Assembly: GCA_963666975.2 (NCBI GenBank)
Contig: CAXVYR010000004.1
Span: forward strand, 1,184,001-1,248,000
DNA from: Terriglobia bacterium
Lineage (GTDB): Bacteria > Acidobacteriota > Terriglobia > 2-12-FULL-54-10
Reading direction: 5' to 3'
DNA length: 64,000 bases
The notes beneath the pieces were generated by a model. It was not told the origin of the DNA, made no database searches, and saw only the letters and a list, made by a program, of their open reading frames with translations. How positions within the stretch are numbered: the stretch's first letter is position 1; each line of letters begins with the position of its first letter. Positions 52,065 through 62,566 of the stretch are shown piece by piece. The position numbers were made by a program, and so were the translations under genes.

Positions 52065-54610
52065 ATGGAAGATGAAATCCAATCCCCAAGACAGAGGCAG
52101 TCCGAGGACGATATTCAGAAGCGGCTTTCGGAACTCGAACAGATTTACCGAACAGCCCCAGTCGGCCTCTGTTTCATCGACACCGAATTCCGTTACATTC
52201 GCATTAATGAGCGACTGGCTGCTTTTAACGGTAAGCCGGCGTCGGCGCATATAGGTCGCACTGTCAGAGAGGTTATCCCGAAAATTGCACCGACTGTGGA
52301 ACCCTTGCTCCGGCGGGTGCTTGAAACGGGTGAGCCAGTGCTCAACTTAGAAATTTACGGCCCCAAAGCGTCTGAGCCCGAAATAGAACGAGTCTGGTTG
52401 ATTGAATACTACCCGCTCAAGTCGAAAAACGGCAGTGTGAAAGGCATCACCGCAGTGATCCTAGACATCACCGCTAGGAAGCGGGCCGAAGAGCAGCTCC
52501 AGAAGAGCGAGGCACACAACCGGGCCCTGCTCAACGCGACACCGGATACGATATTTCAGATCAACAAAGACGGCGTATTCCTCAGCTGGAAAGGAACAAA
52601 AGATGTCGGGCTATTTGTGACTCCGGAGCAATTCTTAGGAAAGCACATTTCGGAAGTCTTGCCGCCCGATGTGTCCGAATCGGCCCTGCGCTCCTTGAAT
52701 CGGGCGCTGCAAACGAACAAGACACAAACCCTTGAATACCGCCTTCCGGCAAACGGCCGGACGCAAGATTTCGAGGCCCGGTTTGCCGTTTCCGGAGAGA
52801 ACGAGGCGATCATCATCGTGCGCGACATCACCGAGCGCAAGCGGGCGGAAGCAGAAATCCAAAGATTCAGCCATGAACTCGAGCAGCGCGTCAATGAACG
52901 CACAGCACAGTTGCAGCAGAGCGAAGAGCGGTTCCGATCCCAATATGAAGGGATTCCACTTCCCACCTACTCCTGGCAGTTGACCGGTGACGATTTTGTT
53001 TTGATCGACTGCAACGATGCTGCACGCGAAATAACACATGGCGGTATCGTTAAGTTTCTAGGAAAAACTGCCAGAGAAATTTTCCCGGACAGGCCGGACA
53101 TTGTCGAGGAAATGTGGCGATCCTATAAGGAAAAGACACCCTTCAAGCGGGAATACGTTATGCCAATGCGCACCACAGGTAAGGTGAAGCGTTTCGCAGT
53201 TACCGGTACGTTTATTCCACCCGATTTGCTCATGGTTCATTCGGAAGACATCACGGAGCGGGCACTAATGCAAGAGGCTCTGCGGGAGAAAGAGGAGCAA
53301 CTCCGCCAGGCACAGAAGATGGAGGCCATCGGGCAGTTGGCGGGCGGGGTGGCGCACGACTTCAACAACCTGCTCACGGGCATCATTGGTTACAGCGACC
53401 TCCTGCGGGAGGAATTAGGGCGGTCCCATCCTCTCGACAAGATGGTGCAGGGAATCAGGGAATCGGGAGAGCAGGCCGCTTCTCTCACGAACCAGCTACT
53501 GGCCTTCAGCCGAAAGCAGGTGCTGCAACTCAAGGTAATCGACCTAAATGAAATTGTGACCGGGATGGAGGACATGCTGTATCGGATGATCGGTGAGGAC
53601 ATTGAACTTGTGACCAACCTCGACCCGGAACTGGGGCAAACCAAAGTCGATCCAGACCAGATCAAGCAAATAATTCTGAACTTGGCAACTAACGCTAGAG
53701 ACGCCATGCCCGAGGGGGGAAGTTTCACCCTTGCGACGGAGAACAAGGAAATAGAAGAGGGTGATGTGGAGAGACAGCTGGGTGCAACAGTTGACCATTA
53801 TGTGGTGCTTTCCGTGAGCGACACGGGCAGTGGAATGGACGAAGAAAAGCTGGCCCACGCCTTTGAACCCTTCTTCACCACAAAGGAGGTGGGTAAAGGA
53901 ACCGGACTCGGGCTGGCCAGTGTTTATGGAATTGTGAAGCAAAGCGGCGGCTATATCCAAGTTTCCAGCGATCCCGGAATTGGTACGAAATTTCAGATTT
54001 ACTTTCCGAGGGTCAGCCGGACCATCCCAGAGCACATTCCGCCTGCCGAGATACAGGAGCCCCCCCGCGGCACTGAAACCATTTTACTGGTGGAAGACGC
54101 AATCCAGGTGCGGCAAATGATCAGTTCCATCCTCAAAAAGAATGGATACACTGTCTTGGGAGCCAGCAACGGTGCTGAGCTCTTCAGATTGCTCTTCAGA
54201 TTGCGAAGAAAAGCAAACAACCGATTCGCCTGCTTCTGTCCGATATGGCATGGGTAACTACCGCGAGGTGATCCCGGAGATGGCCAACAGCGCTGGGGTG
54301 TCGAAGTCTGCCGAGCAAGGAGCGCGGCGGCTGGAAGAACTGTTGGCGCGGCGCTGGGAGGAGGTCGAGATTCTGGTGATTTACCTGGACGGAATGCGGT
54401 TCGGGCATGAGCGGACCAGAATTGGCCGAGCAGCTAACAGTACATCGCAAAGACATGGAAGTGCTTTTTATCTCAGGCTATGCGGCCCACCCCTTGGTCC
54501 AAAACCGCTTAACGGCGAAGAATAGGAATTTTCTGTCGAAACCTTTCAAACCAGAAACTCTATTGCGGAAAGTGCGGGAGTTGTTGGACGCACAGAAGGG
54601 CATGGGGTAG
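52065..54610 (+). pseudogene. Multi-PAS hybrid histidine kinase (CckA-like), receiver domain disrupted
   Basis: 3 PAS domains, AHDFNN, GTGLGLA; the receiver is broken by a 12-bp duplication and an IS256 fragment, and resumes at MSGPELA...SKPF (54407-54610). Confidence 0.85.
54256..54404 (+). mobile_element. Internal IS256 transposase fragment without IS ends
   Basis: Matches 16666-16832 apart from an 18-bp deletion. Confidence 0.9.
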
Positions 54611-54629
54611 CTAAGGGCTGCCCGAAGGA

Positions 54630-54682
54630 CGAAGTAATGCAAATCAATGTGCGCCTGAACTGGTTGGAAGAGCTGAAGCAGC
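54630..54682 (+). pseudogene. C-terminal remnant resembling acidobacterial Ser/Thr kinase-TolB proteins
   Basis: QINVRLNWLEELKQRVPTGR*. Confidence 0.45.
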
Positions 54683-54954
54683 GGGTGCCGACTGGACGAT
54701 AATCAGAGCCGGAGCCTCCGAGAATTTCCCATCAGCAGCTTCCTGTAACCACCCCCCAGATGATTCACCCCCTGTTCAGATACGGCTTCCCAGCAGAATA
54801 GCCGTCAGCGGACAAATTTGCCACGATTACCCTTGAGCGACGCTGTAGTGTAGTTGGACATAAACGGTGTTGTGGGAAATAACCCCTGACTAGTCGTTAG
54901 CGTTGCTCGGGAGCGCCTCGGTGCAGTGAGGTGGGGAAGGGGGCAGACGTTTTT

Positions 54955-55045
54955 CCGACGGGGTGCCCAAACAGAGTTTTCACCTCTTCCTGAAGGAGTG
55001 CGAATGGCGCTTCAATGGCGGTAACCACCGGCGCTTTCGATAACG
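54955..55045 (+). pseudogene. IS1595-family transposase C-terminal fragment
   Basis: GVPKQSFHLFLKECEWRFN. Confidence 0.7.
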
Positions 55046-55199
55046 GGACAATAAGTCAATTGGGCTTCGGCGAGGGAAAGGCTGCTGCAAGCACTTGGTT
55101 GCAATGGAGTTCGTTCGCGTTTTGCGGCAGGTTGTTTGAGGATTTCTCGGGGCATTGTAGAGTCAAGCGGCAGGGTTAGAGGCCGGGTTAAAGACAGAG

Positions 55200-55625
55200 C
55201 TAGAGCATTTCTCCGCTTAGTGTAGATCATAGCCGCAGTGGGCGAACCAAGCGGAGGCGTTGTTGGGGGTGATCGTGGCGATGGCCTCGGAGATTGCCTG
55301 CTCGAGCACGTCCACGCTGCGGGCCTTCAGCCAACGGAGCTTCTGTTTCGCCTTCCCCCAGCATGGTTCTATCGGGTTGAAGTCGGGCGAGTACGGCGGC
55401 AAGTACCGCAGTTGGGCTCCGGTGGCCTCGATGAGTTCTCCGACTCCCTGAACTTTATGCGCCCCCAGGTTGTCCATGACCACGATCTGGCCCGGTTCCA
55501 GCCGGGGACACAGCACGTGTTTCAGGTAAGCCAGAAAGACCTCTCCGTCGGTGGGCGACTCCATGGTCAGGGTCGCCAACCATCCCTCGGTGCTCATCGC
55601 TCCCAGAAGCGTCAGCGTGCTCCAG
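55200..55625 (-). pseudogene. IS630-family transposase 3' fragment with terminal repeat
   Basis: VVMDNL..HK and LPPYSPDFNPIE motifs; CTAGAGCATTTCTCC end. Confidence 0.88.
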
Positions 55626-56014
55626 CGGAATGCTTCAATGCTGACATCAAGAGCAGCCTTGCTTTGGGTAGCACTCGATTCCATTGCAGCCCGGCTTTGA
55701 ACCGCACTCGATTCGATGGATTCGCTGGCTTGATGCTCCATCAGTTTATTTTACTGGTCCATGATCTTAGTCTGTCGGCTCATGAGTTCGCTCTGCTGAT
55801 GCAGGATGAAGAGACCAGCAGCGGCGAGAAAGGCTCCGATTATGGTCAAAGCAACTTGCCACCATTCATATCGAGTCAACGATTTCCTGCCATCGGAGTT
55901 TTGATTGGTATCGCTGGGATGTGCCTGTTGGTTTACGGGATTTACCTCGCTCTCGTCGGGCCGCTTCCCCTTGGGATCGCCCTTATCGTTGCCGGATTCA
56001 TTCTCTATTGGCAT
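55626..56014 (-). pseudogene. Membrane-anchored hypothetical protein with internal TAA, truncated by the IS630 fragment
   Basis: ...TKIMDQ*NKLMEHQAS...DVSIEAFR is one frame. Confidence 0.55.
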
Positions 56015-56138
56015 GGAGCTCACCGATTCCTTGATTGGAGCGAGCCACGGCGAAGGTGTTATCTCGCTGTGGGTTCGTAAATCCGGAATAGGCCCAGAGC
56101 CCGCCGTCCGGCGGGCCATTGGCTACATGCTCAGGGCG

Positions 56139-57062
56139 CTACCGGCGCCGATGACGACGGCCCTTGTGGGAATTGGAACGAAGATGAATGCTAAATCCTG
56201 CGCCAAATCTTGATCGCTGGGGGCGGTAAAATCCTCTTCGGTGGTGGCCGTAATATCGCGGCCCGGAATAAAAATGGAAACTGGTTCCGTAGGAGAAGCG
56301 CCGGTACGGGTACCCGTATGGGCTGTAGTAACGGTACTCGGGATAGTAGGCCGGAGCGGGCGGCGGGCCTGCGCGGCGCTGTAGTCTCGGCAGGTCGTAG
56401 TCTCCCTGCCTGACCGGCTGGAAGGCCGGGCCGGACTGCCCGGTGAATATCGTCAGCGGCGCCAGAGTGCGGAACGTCAGCACGGACTCGGGATACACCT
56501 CCGTAGGCTTTCCCCGCGTAACCAGCACCCCGATGATGGATGCAGCGGCTCCCGACAGGGCTCCAATTCCCGCGCCGCGTCCGCCATCGGCAACGGCGCC
56601 GATCGCCGCTCCCATGCCCGTTGCCGTTGCGATCACGGCGGCGTCCTCGCCGACCGATGCGCCTCCGGCGTACTCCATCAACTGCGTCACCACGGGCAAT
56701 TGCTGGCCATCCACCAGACTGATCTCTGTGAGTTCCAGGCCCAGGCGCGACGTCCCGCTCCTGCGCCCGGCTTTCTGCGCTACGGCCACACGGCCTCCGA
56801 CGGTCTGCCCGCGCCGCGCGACGACGAATCCGCCGACAACCAGCGGTTGCGCCAGCGACGCCAGGAAGGAATCTCCCGGCAGGTTGTGTTTGCTGGAAAG
56901 CTGCTGGTCCACCCGCACGGAGATCCATACACCGGCCGGCAGCAGGAGCTGCGAGGGCGGCTGGGCGGCCCCGTAAGGTTGCTGGGCATGTCCGGGCATT
57001 GCCACGGTCAGGCAAAAAGCGAACGTCGCTGCGGCTAACCATATTTGTTGTGAGAGCCTCAT
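56139..57062 (-). CDS. Secreted hypothetical protein with glycine zipper and Tyr/Arg-rich tail
   Basis: Signal peptide; LPAG....VR.DQ.LSS and GAAIGA...GG.GA.IGA. Confidence 0.8.
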   Translation of the reverse strand: MRLSQQIWLAAATFAFCLTVAMPGHAQQPYGAAQPPSQLLLPAGVWISVRVDQQLSSKHNLPGDSFLASLAQPLVVGGFVVARRGQTVGGRVAVAQKAGRRSGTSRLGLELTEISLVDGQQLPVVTQLMEYAGGASVGEDAAVIATATGMGAAIGAVADGGRGAGIGALSGAAASIIGVLVTRGKPTEVYPESVLTFRTLAPLTIFTGQSGPAFQPVRQGDYDLPRLQRRAGPPPAPAYYPEYRYYSPYGYPYRRFSYGTSFHFYSGPRYYGHHRRGFYRPQRSRFGAGFSIHLRSNSHKGRRHRRR

Positions 57063-57324
57063 AACTAAACTCCTTTCGTGGCGCGAGTCGATTCTACTCC
57101 CTAAGTTATTAAACACAGCTTGTGGCAAGGAAGTTGCGGGAATCCAGTAAGGTTTATTCTGGACGCTGATTCGTGTCCGCGATGCATTGCTTTCCGTGAG
57201 TATGAAGAGTGATCAGGCAGGAATTCCGATTGGAAGAAAGCTTAAAGATGGAAAAGCGCCGGACATCTCAAGAAATGCCTGGCGCTTGATTTCTGCAACT
57301 ACCCTTACCTGATTTTTTGTTTTT

Positions 57325-58209
57325 TCAACCGAGGTTCTTTTTGAAAAATTCCAGTGTCCGGGTCCAGGCGTCCGCGGCAGCCGTTTCGTCGTAACGGGCG
57401 CCGGTATCGTTGAAGAAGGCATGGCCCGCGCCGGGATAAATTTTGAAATCGTAGCTCTTGCCCAGCCGCCGCATGGCCGCCTCCGTTTCGGGAACCCGCG
57501 AGGTGATCCGCTGATCGGTTTCGCCGTAGTTGGCCAGCACGGGAGCCTGAATGTCCGCCATAGCGGCTTCCTCCGGTGTGGTGCCGTAAAAAACCACCGC
57601 AGCCTTCAGATTCGGATTCGCCGTGGCGTACAGGAAGGAACGCTCTCCGCCCCAGCAGAAGCCGATCACGCCCGTCTGGCCCTGCCGAACCATGGCATGG
57701 GACTGCAAGTAGTTGTAAGCGGAATTCAGGTCTTGCACTACGGCTTCGTTGGAGACGTTTCGGAAGGCAGCCCGGGCCGCGTCCGGGTCCGCCATGGAGC
57801 CTGTCCCGCCTTGCCGGGACAACAGGTCAACGGCCAGCGCCGCATATCCTTGCGAGGCCAAGCGGCGGGCCACCTCGCGGATGTGATCGTTCAATCCCCG
57901 GTTCTCGTGGATCACGATCACAGCCGGATAAGGTCCTGTCCCTTTGGGCCGGCTCAGATAGCCCTCCAGCGTCACCCCCTCGCCGGGATACTTCACCGCC
58001 GTGGATGCGATGCTGGCCGCCTCGGACTCGACCTGCGAGAGAACCGACATCGCCCAGCCACTGGTCTCCAGCAGATGGTGAGCCAGTGGATAGGCGCCGA
58101 CCACGGCAATCAGCCGCTCAAAAAAAACTCGCCGGTTGATCTTCCGTTCCTGATAGCTTTTAACAATCTGCTCGATCCGTGGGTCCATCTGTTCGATCCG
58201 CGGGTCCAT
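57325..58209 (-). CDS. Dienelactone hydrolase family protein (Tat-like signal)
   Basis: INRRVF, HENRGL, GFCWGG and AGHAF; MDPRIEQ is duplicated at the N-terminus. Confidence 0.92.
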   Translation of the reverse strand: MDPRIEQMDPRIEQIVKSYQERKINRRVFFERLIAVVGAYPLAHHLLETSGWAMSVLSQVESEAASIASTAVKYPGEGVTLEGYLSRPKGTGPYPAVIVIHENRGLNDHIREVARRLASQGYAALAVDLLSRQGGTGSMADPDAARAAFRNVSNEAVVQDLNSAYNYLQSHAMVRQGQTGVIGFCWGGERSFLYATANPNLKAAVVFYGTTPEEAAMADIQAPVLANYGETDQRITSRVPETEAAMRRLGKSYDFKIYPGAGHAFFNDTGARYDETAAADAWTRTLEFFKKNLG

Positions 58210-58315
58210 CGCCGCGTTCCTTAGTTTGGAAACACCCAATAATTAAGCAGGTGAAACCGGCGGGCTTCCGCAACAGGGGGCAGGCTTTCCGGCCCCGCTG
58301 CCGGCGTTGGGAACC

Positions 58316-58864
58316 TTACCGCTGTCGCTGCCGGGGAGCCGACCGGGGAGGCACTAGGCCGTTCAGCCGCATGTAAACCACCAAATTCCCGTAGTGCCCG
58401 TGGTTGTCCTTAAAGTTCCCCATGATGGCAGCCAGGCGGGGAACTTGCCGCCCGCGCATATAGGGGACAATATCCAACAGTTTCTGGTCGTTCAGGTCCG
58501 CCAAAACTTTTTCGCCGTAGTCATAGCTTTCCGTAAGCGCCTGGAGTATCTCCGCGCGGCTCCGGAGATCGTTCAAGCTGTTGCGGTCCACCGGGCTGCC
58601 GGTTCCGGCCGCAAACCCCATAAACATATAATTTTCGCTGGCCAGGTGAATCAGTTGTTCACGGAATGAGCGCACCTCAGGCGTAGGCTTAAAATCATAT
58701 TTGGCCTCCGGCACCGCATCAGCCATCGTGTATATCTGATTTCCCGTAGCTTCCCACTGCTTCCGAAGCTCCTCGATGATCGGGTTTTGAGCGACGGCTG
58801 TCTGCATCCCTGCCACCAGAACGGCGGCTAAAAAAAGAATCTGCTTCCTTCTCTGACGATTCAT
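58316..58864 (-). CDS. Secreted DinB-family protein
   Basis: P..KY.FKPTPEVRSF.E...H and H.G.L.VY.RL.G..PP motifs. Confidence 0.88.
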   Translation of the reverse strand: MNRQRRKQILFLAAVLVAGMQTAVAQNPIIEELRKQWEATGNQIYTMADAVPEAKYDFKPTPEVRSFREQLIHLASENYMFMGFAAGTGSPVDRNSLNDLRSRAEILQALTESYDYGEKVLADLNDQKLLDIVPYMRGRQVPRLAAIMGNFKDNHGHYGNLVVYMRLNGLVPPRSAPRQRQR

Positions 58865-58973
58865 CTTCTCCCCCCCTGCAATGAATTCTAACGGTTGATG
58901 GGCCGCAATCAGCGGCCTTTGTGAATAACGCCGGTACAGTCTTGCCAGCCCCGCTGGAAGGCTGGGCTTCTTC

Positions 58974-59531
58974 CTACTGCGGCGGCCGGGGCTGGCTTGA
59001 GGGCGGCACCATGCCGTTCAAACGCAAGTAGGTCACCATATTCCCGTAGTGCTCTTTGCTGTGGCCGATGGCCTGCACCACAATCACCCACCGCGGCGTG
59101 GGCCTGTTGCGCTGAATGACGGTTCCCATCGCCTCCTGGTCCGTCATGCCGGCCAGCACTTTGGTTCCGTAATCAAAGTACTCCGTGACCGCCTGCAGCA
59201 CATCCTCCCGGGCCGTGAGATGCTCGAATCGTGTATGCTCTCCGGGTTGGGGCACTCCGCCCACGATCTCCATCCAGCTCAGGTTTTCACCGGCTACGTG
59301 AACGATAATCTCACGGAAGGTGCGCACCTCGGGCGTCGGCCTGTAATTATACTTATCCTGCGGCACGGCCTCCGCGACCGCCACCAATTGCCTCCGGGAA
59401 GACTCCCATTGGGCTTTCAGTTCCTCCACGAACCCCTCGGCAGCGCTCGCCGGGACCGCCGCCAATCCTGCTGCCGCCAAAAAGAGAAAAACCTTTCTCA
59501 TTCCATGCTTCATGATTCGCCTCCCTGGCAA
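58974..59531 (-). CDS. Secreted DinB-family protein (tandem paralog)
   Basis: YRPTPEVRTF.E...H and H..EHYG....YLRLNG..PP motifs. Confidence 0.88.
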   Translation of the reverse strand: MPGRRIMKHGMRKVFLFLAAAGLAAVPASAAEGFVEELKAQWESSRRQLVAVAEAVPQDKYNYRPTPEVRTFREIIVHVAGENLSWMEIVGGVPQPGEHTRFEHLTAREDVLQAVTEYFDYGTKVLAGMTDQEAMGTVIQRNRPTPRWVIVVQAIGHSKEHYGNMVTYLRLNGMVPPSSQPRPPQ

Positions 59532-59713
59532 AGAAAAAAACGGCCCCCTCAGGGCCTCATCCTATCAGAAGGAATCCCGCCTGCCTCAACAAGAAGACCT
59601 TATCGCATCCCTCCAACCGACGGCACCATTATAACTCAGGGCTTCGGCGGAACCCGATATTCGTGATATCCGGATTTTGAAATAATCCCAGCCGCCCGGA
59701 AGCGATTCTCCGG

Positions 59714-60076
59714 CTACAGGTTCTTCATGCGGTTTCGGATCTTCTTGGCGAGTTTTTCAATCTGCTCGGCTTTCTGGATGACGGAAACCGACAGGACATC
59801 TTCATTCGCTTTGCTCATTTCTTCCTTGAGCGCGGCTGACAACTCAAAGAGCTGTTCGACTTCTTTCACGACCTGCTCATAGCTGGCCTTGAGTCTTCGC
59901 CGATTAAGTTGCTGCTCGAGCGTCGGCAGGTTTGAGATATCCGGGAGCGGGGGGAATGGCCGGCGGCCGGATCGTCTGAACTGGGCCTCGCCCGCCTGCG
60001 TCGCCCCTGTCAGGAGCGCAACGCAAAGAATAACTGTCCGGAAAGCCGTCCAGCATAAATTATTTTTTCTCGTCCT
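59714..60076 (-). CDS. Secreted helical hypothetical protein missing from the ORF track (no in-frame start; probable indel near the 5' end)
   Basis: Open frame LCWTAFRTVILCVALLTGATQA...LKEEMSKANEDVLSVSVIQKAEQIEKLAKKIRNRMKNL*. Confidence 0.6.
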   Translation of the reverse strand, partial: RTRKNNLCWTAFRTVILCVALLTGATQAGEAQFRRSGRRPFPPLPDISNLPTLEQQLNRRRLKASYEQVVKEVEQLFELSAALKEEMSKANEDVLSVSVIQKAEQIEKLAKKIRNRMKNL

Positions 60077-60433
60077 CTACCCCCTGGGAATTCTTGCATC
60101 GCCCCAGCTTCCATTGCCCCATGTGAGCGAGGCACTGCGAACTCAGCCCCGCTCGGAGCGGCCGTGGAATTGGGAAAGCGAATTGAATATCCTCTTTTTT
60201 GCAGACGGAAAATCTGAGCCGGGCATGGCTGCAAGAAAAGCAGCGTTGTGAAGGGAGAGTTTGCTCCTTTTCCCATTCCTGGCTGCTCCGAAATAGAGGA
60301 AGCCACACAGCCAGGCTGGCTTTACGGGGCTGCTGCGCCCACTCAGCCTGAGCGTGGATGGATTCGCTCCGAAAGCGGAACGGGAAGCCCTGGCACCGCG
60401 AAGAGAGCAGGCCACGCCCTTCGCCGGGAAACT

Positions 60434-61177
60434 TTATTCCCGGAAATGGAACTGCAGCGTGATTCCCTTGATTACGATCTCATCGCCTTCCCGCAATTCG
60501 CGGACTGCGGTGAGCGGCTCCGAGTTAACCTTGGTGGCGCCGATTTTTTCTGACGGAGCAATGGTGTACTGGCCTTCCTTGCGATTGATGACGGCGGCGA
60601 CATTGGGAGCAAACCAGCCTTTCAGCTTCACCGAAGCCATCGCGTCTTTGCCGATCACACTCAGTTTACTGGTGAGGATGTATTCGCGCTGGTCGGTCTT
60701 GCCGCGGAGCACCGTGAGGCAGCCGATTTTTTCCTGGGTTTCAGTCGCGCCCCCCTCGGAAGCGATGGCGGTGGCCTTGGCCAGAAACTCCCGCCGGCTC
60801 TTGGTATCGAGCACGAATGTCTCTTCCATTTTCGACAACGGCTGCGTAGCTTCGGCGGTTTCTCCTTCCGGCGGCGGCGGCGGTTGCCCGCCCTCATCCT
60901 GAAAGATCAAGGTGTGTTTCCCGATCACAATCTGGTCGCCGTTCTTCAGCGGGCTGCGGCGGATTCGCTGGCTATTTAGGAAAGTGCCGTTCAGGCTGCT
61001 CATGTCTTCTACCGCATAATACCCCTGCTCCAATACGACCCTGGCATGGCGCCCGGACACGGCGAGGTTGTCGATGACTATGTCGTTGCCGGGGGTGCGA
61101 CCGATGCTGATAGCAGCCTTCTGGAGAGAAATTTCTTTCAGAACTGAGGCCTCATACTTTAGGATCAATTTGGCCAT
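60434..61177 (-). CDS. Tandem FHA-domain protein
   Basis: SIGR...VSGRHA...SLNGT; second, degenerate FHA (VIGK...TKVN). Confidence 0.88.
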   Translation of the reverse strand: MAKLILKYEASVLKEISLQKAAISIGRTPGNDIVIDNLAVSGRHARVVLEQGYYAVEDMSSLNGTFLNSQRIRRSPLKNGDQIVIGKHTLIFQDEGGQPPPPPEGETAEATQPLSKMEETFVLDTKSRREFLAKATAIASEGGATETQEKIGCLTVLRGKTDQREYILTSKLSVIGKDAMASVKLKGWFAPNVAAVINRKEGQYTIAPSEKIGATKVNSEPLTAVRELREGDEIVIKGITLQFHFRE

Positions 61178-61995
61178 GCCCGATTTCCTCCGAACAGAGA
61201 TCTTAGCAATCTCCTCCACCCCCTTCGGGGGGGAGGCACATTCAGGCGGATAACGATTACGGTCACATTATCCTCCCCTCCGTTGTCGTTGGCAATCTCT
61301 ACCAGACGGTCGGAGGCCCGTTGTGCTGTTTCAGTGTCGGCCAGGATTTGCGCGATAGACGGATCGGAAACCATGCGGGTCAGGCCGTCGGAGCAGAGCA
61401 AAATCTGGTCTCCTTCCTTCATCCACAGTTCATCCATATCCACATTGACGTCAGGCTCTGCGCCCAGCGCCCGGATAATGACGTTCGCCAGCTCCGATTG
61501 CTCCGCTTCCTCCAGGCTGATCAAGCCCTTGCGAACCTGCTCCATGACCAGGGAGTGGTCCTGCGTCAGCTGCTGGAGCTCCCCGCTGCGCAACAGATAA
61601 ATCCGGCTGTCGCCCACATGGGAGATACTGAGAATATTGCCCGAAAGCTGCGCCGCCACCACGGTGGACCCCATGCCGCTGGTGGCGAGTTGCCGCCCGG
61701 CGGCATCATAAATTTCCCGGTTGGAAAGCCGAATGCCGCTGGCCAGCCGGTTTGTCTGCTGGGAAAATTCCGGTCTGTACTCGCCCACCATTTCCAGGGC
61801 GGGATTGCTTGCCGCCTCCCTCATGTGTCGCACTATGAGGTCTGCTCCCATCTGACTGGCCACTTCTCCGGCGGCTTGGCCGCCCATTCCGTCGCAAAGA
61901 ACAAACAACTGCAGGGACTCGTCCACCGCAAAGGCGTCTTCATTGTTTTCCCGGACCATTCCCCGGTCCGTTTTCGCTCCCACTGCAACCCGCAA
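61165..61995 (-). CDS. PP2C-family Ser/Thr phosphatase (Stp1/PrpC-like)
   Basis: NED, DGMGG, VGDSR, CSDGL and GG.DN motifs. Confidence 0.94.
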   Translation of the reverse strand: MRVAVGAKTDRGMVRENNEDAFAVDESLQLFVLCDGMGGQAAGEVASQMGADLIVRHMREAASNPALEMVGEYRPEFSQQTNRLASGIRLSNREIYDAAGRQLATSGMGSTVVAAQLSGNILSISHVGDSRIYLLRSGELQQLTQDHSLVMEQVRKGLISLEEAEQSELANVIIRALGAEPDVNVDMDELWMKEGDQILLCSDGLTRMVSDPSIAQILADTETAQRASDRLVEIANDNGGEDNVTVIVIRLNVPPPRRGWRRLLRSLFGGNRAWPN

Positions 61996-62566
61996 AACAG
62001 CCTCCGGTAAACGATAAATCCGAGCACCCCCGCCTTCCGGCAGGCTTCCGGCGCAGAATTCACCGCTAATTCACTTCCGTTTCGATACCGCCTTCCGGCG
62101 TCTTGGTTCACTCCCTGTTAGATGGCTGGCGGCACTCCGAAAAGGACTCGCAAGATAGCCTCGGCTTTGTCGGGCCAAATAGGCTGTTCCGATGGGGTTT
62201 TGATCCAGTAGGAACCAACCTGTAATATATCGACTCCCGTTAGCGATCCCTTCCCCCGCTTCTCTGCTCGCCCCACACATGGGAAAAATCCTTATTACCC
62301 CTGAGCTATGAAGCAGTTGAGCGGATTCTACCGTACCCGCACAACCCCGTCAACAAGCTCCCCCCTTTTGTGCAAGGAACCCGGAGTTATCTTTTTGTGT
62401 CACATTGTGTCACACGCTTCCCCTAGTTTTTGGACTTGGGAGAAAACTTTTCGGCAAGCGGGCGCCAAGAGGAAAAGCTCGTTCGGCACCGGCAATGTGC
62501 ACGGCGGGAGCGGCAGGGTGCTCATCCCGGTGAAAAAGGTCCTCGCGCTGCTGTCTGCTCTGGCGG

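Noticed and set aside
55751-55753. In-frame stop as recoding
   Set aside because: It is TAA in a gene already truncated by IS630, so an ordinary nonsense mutation
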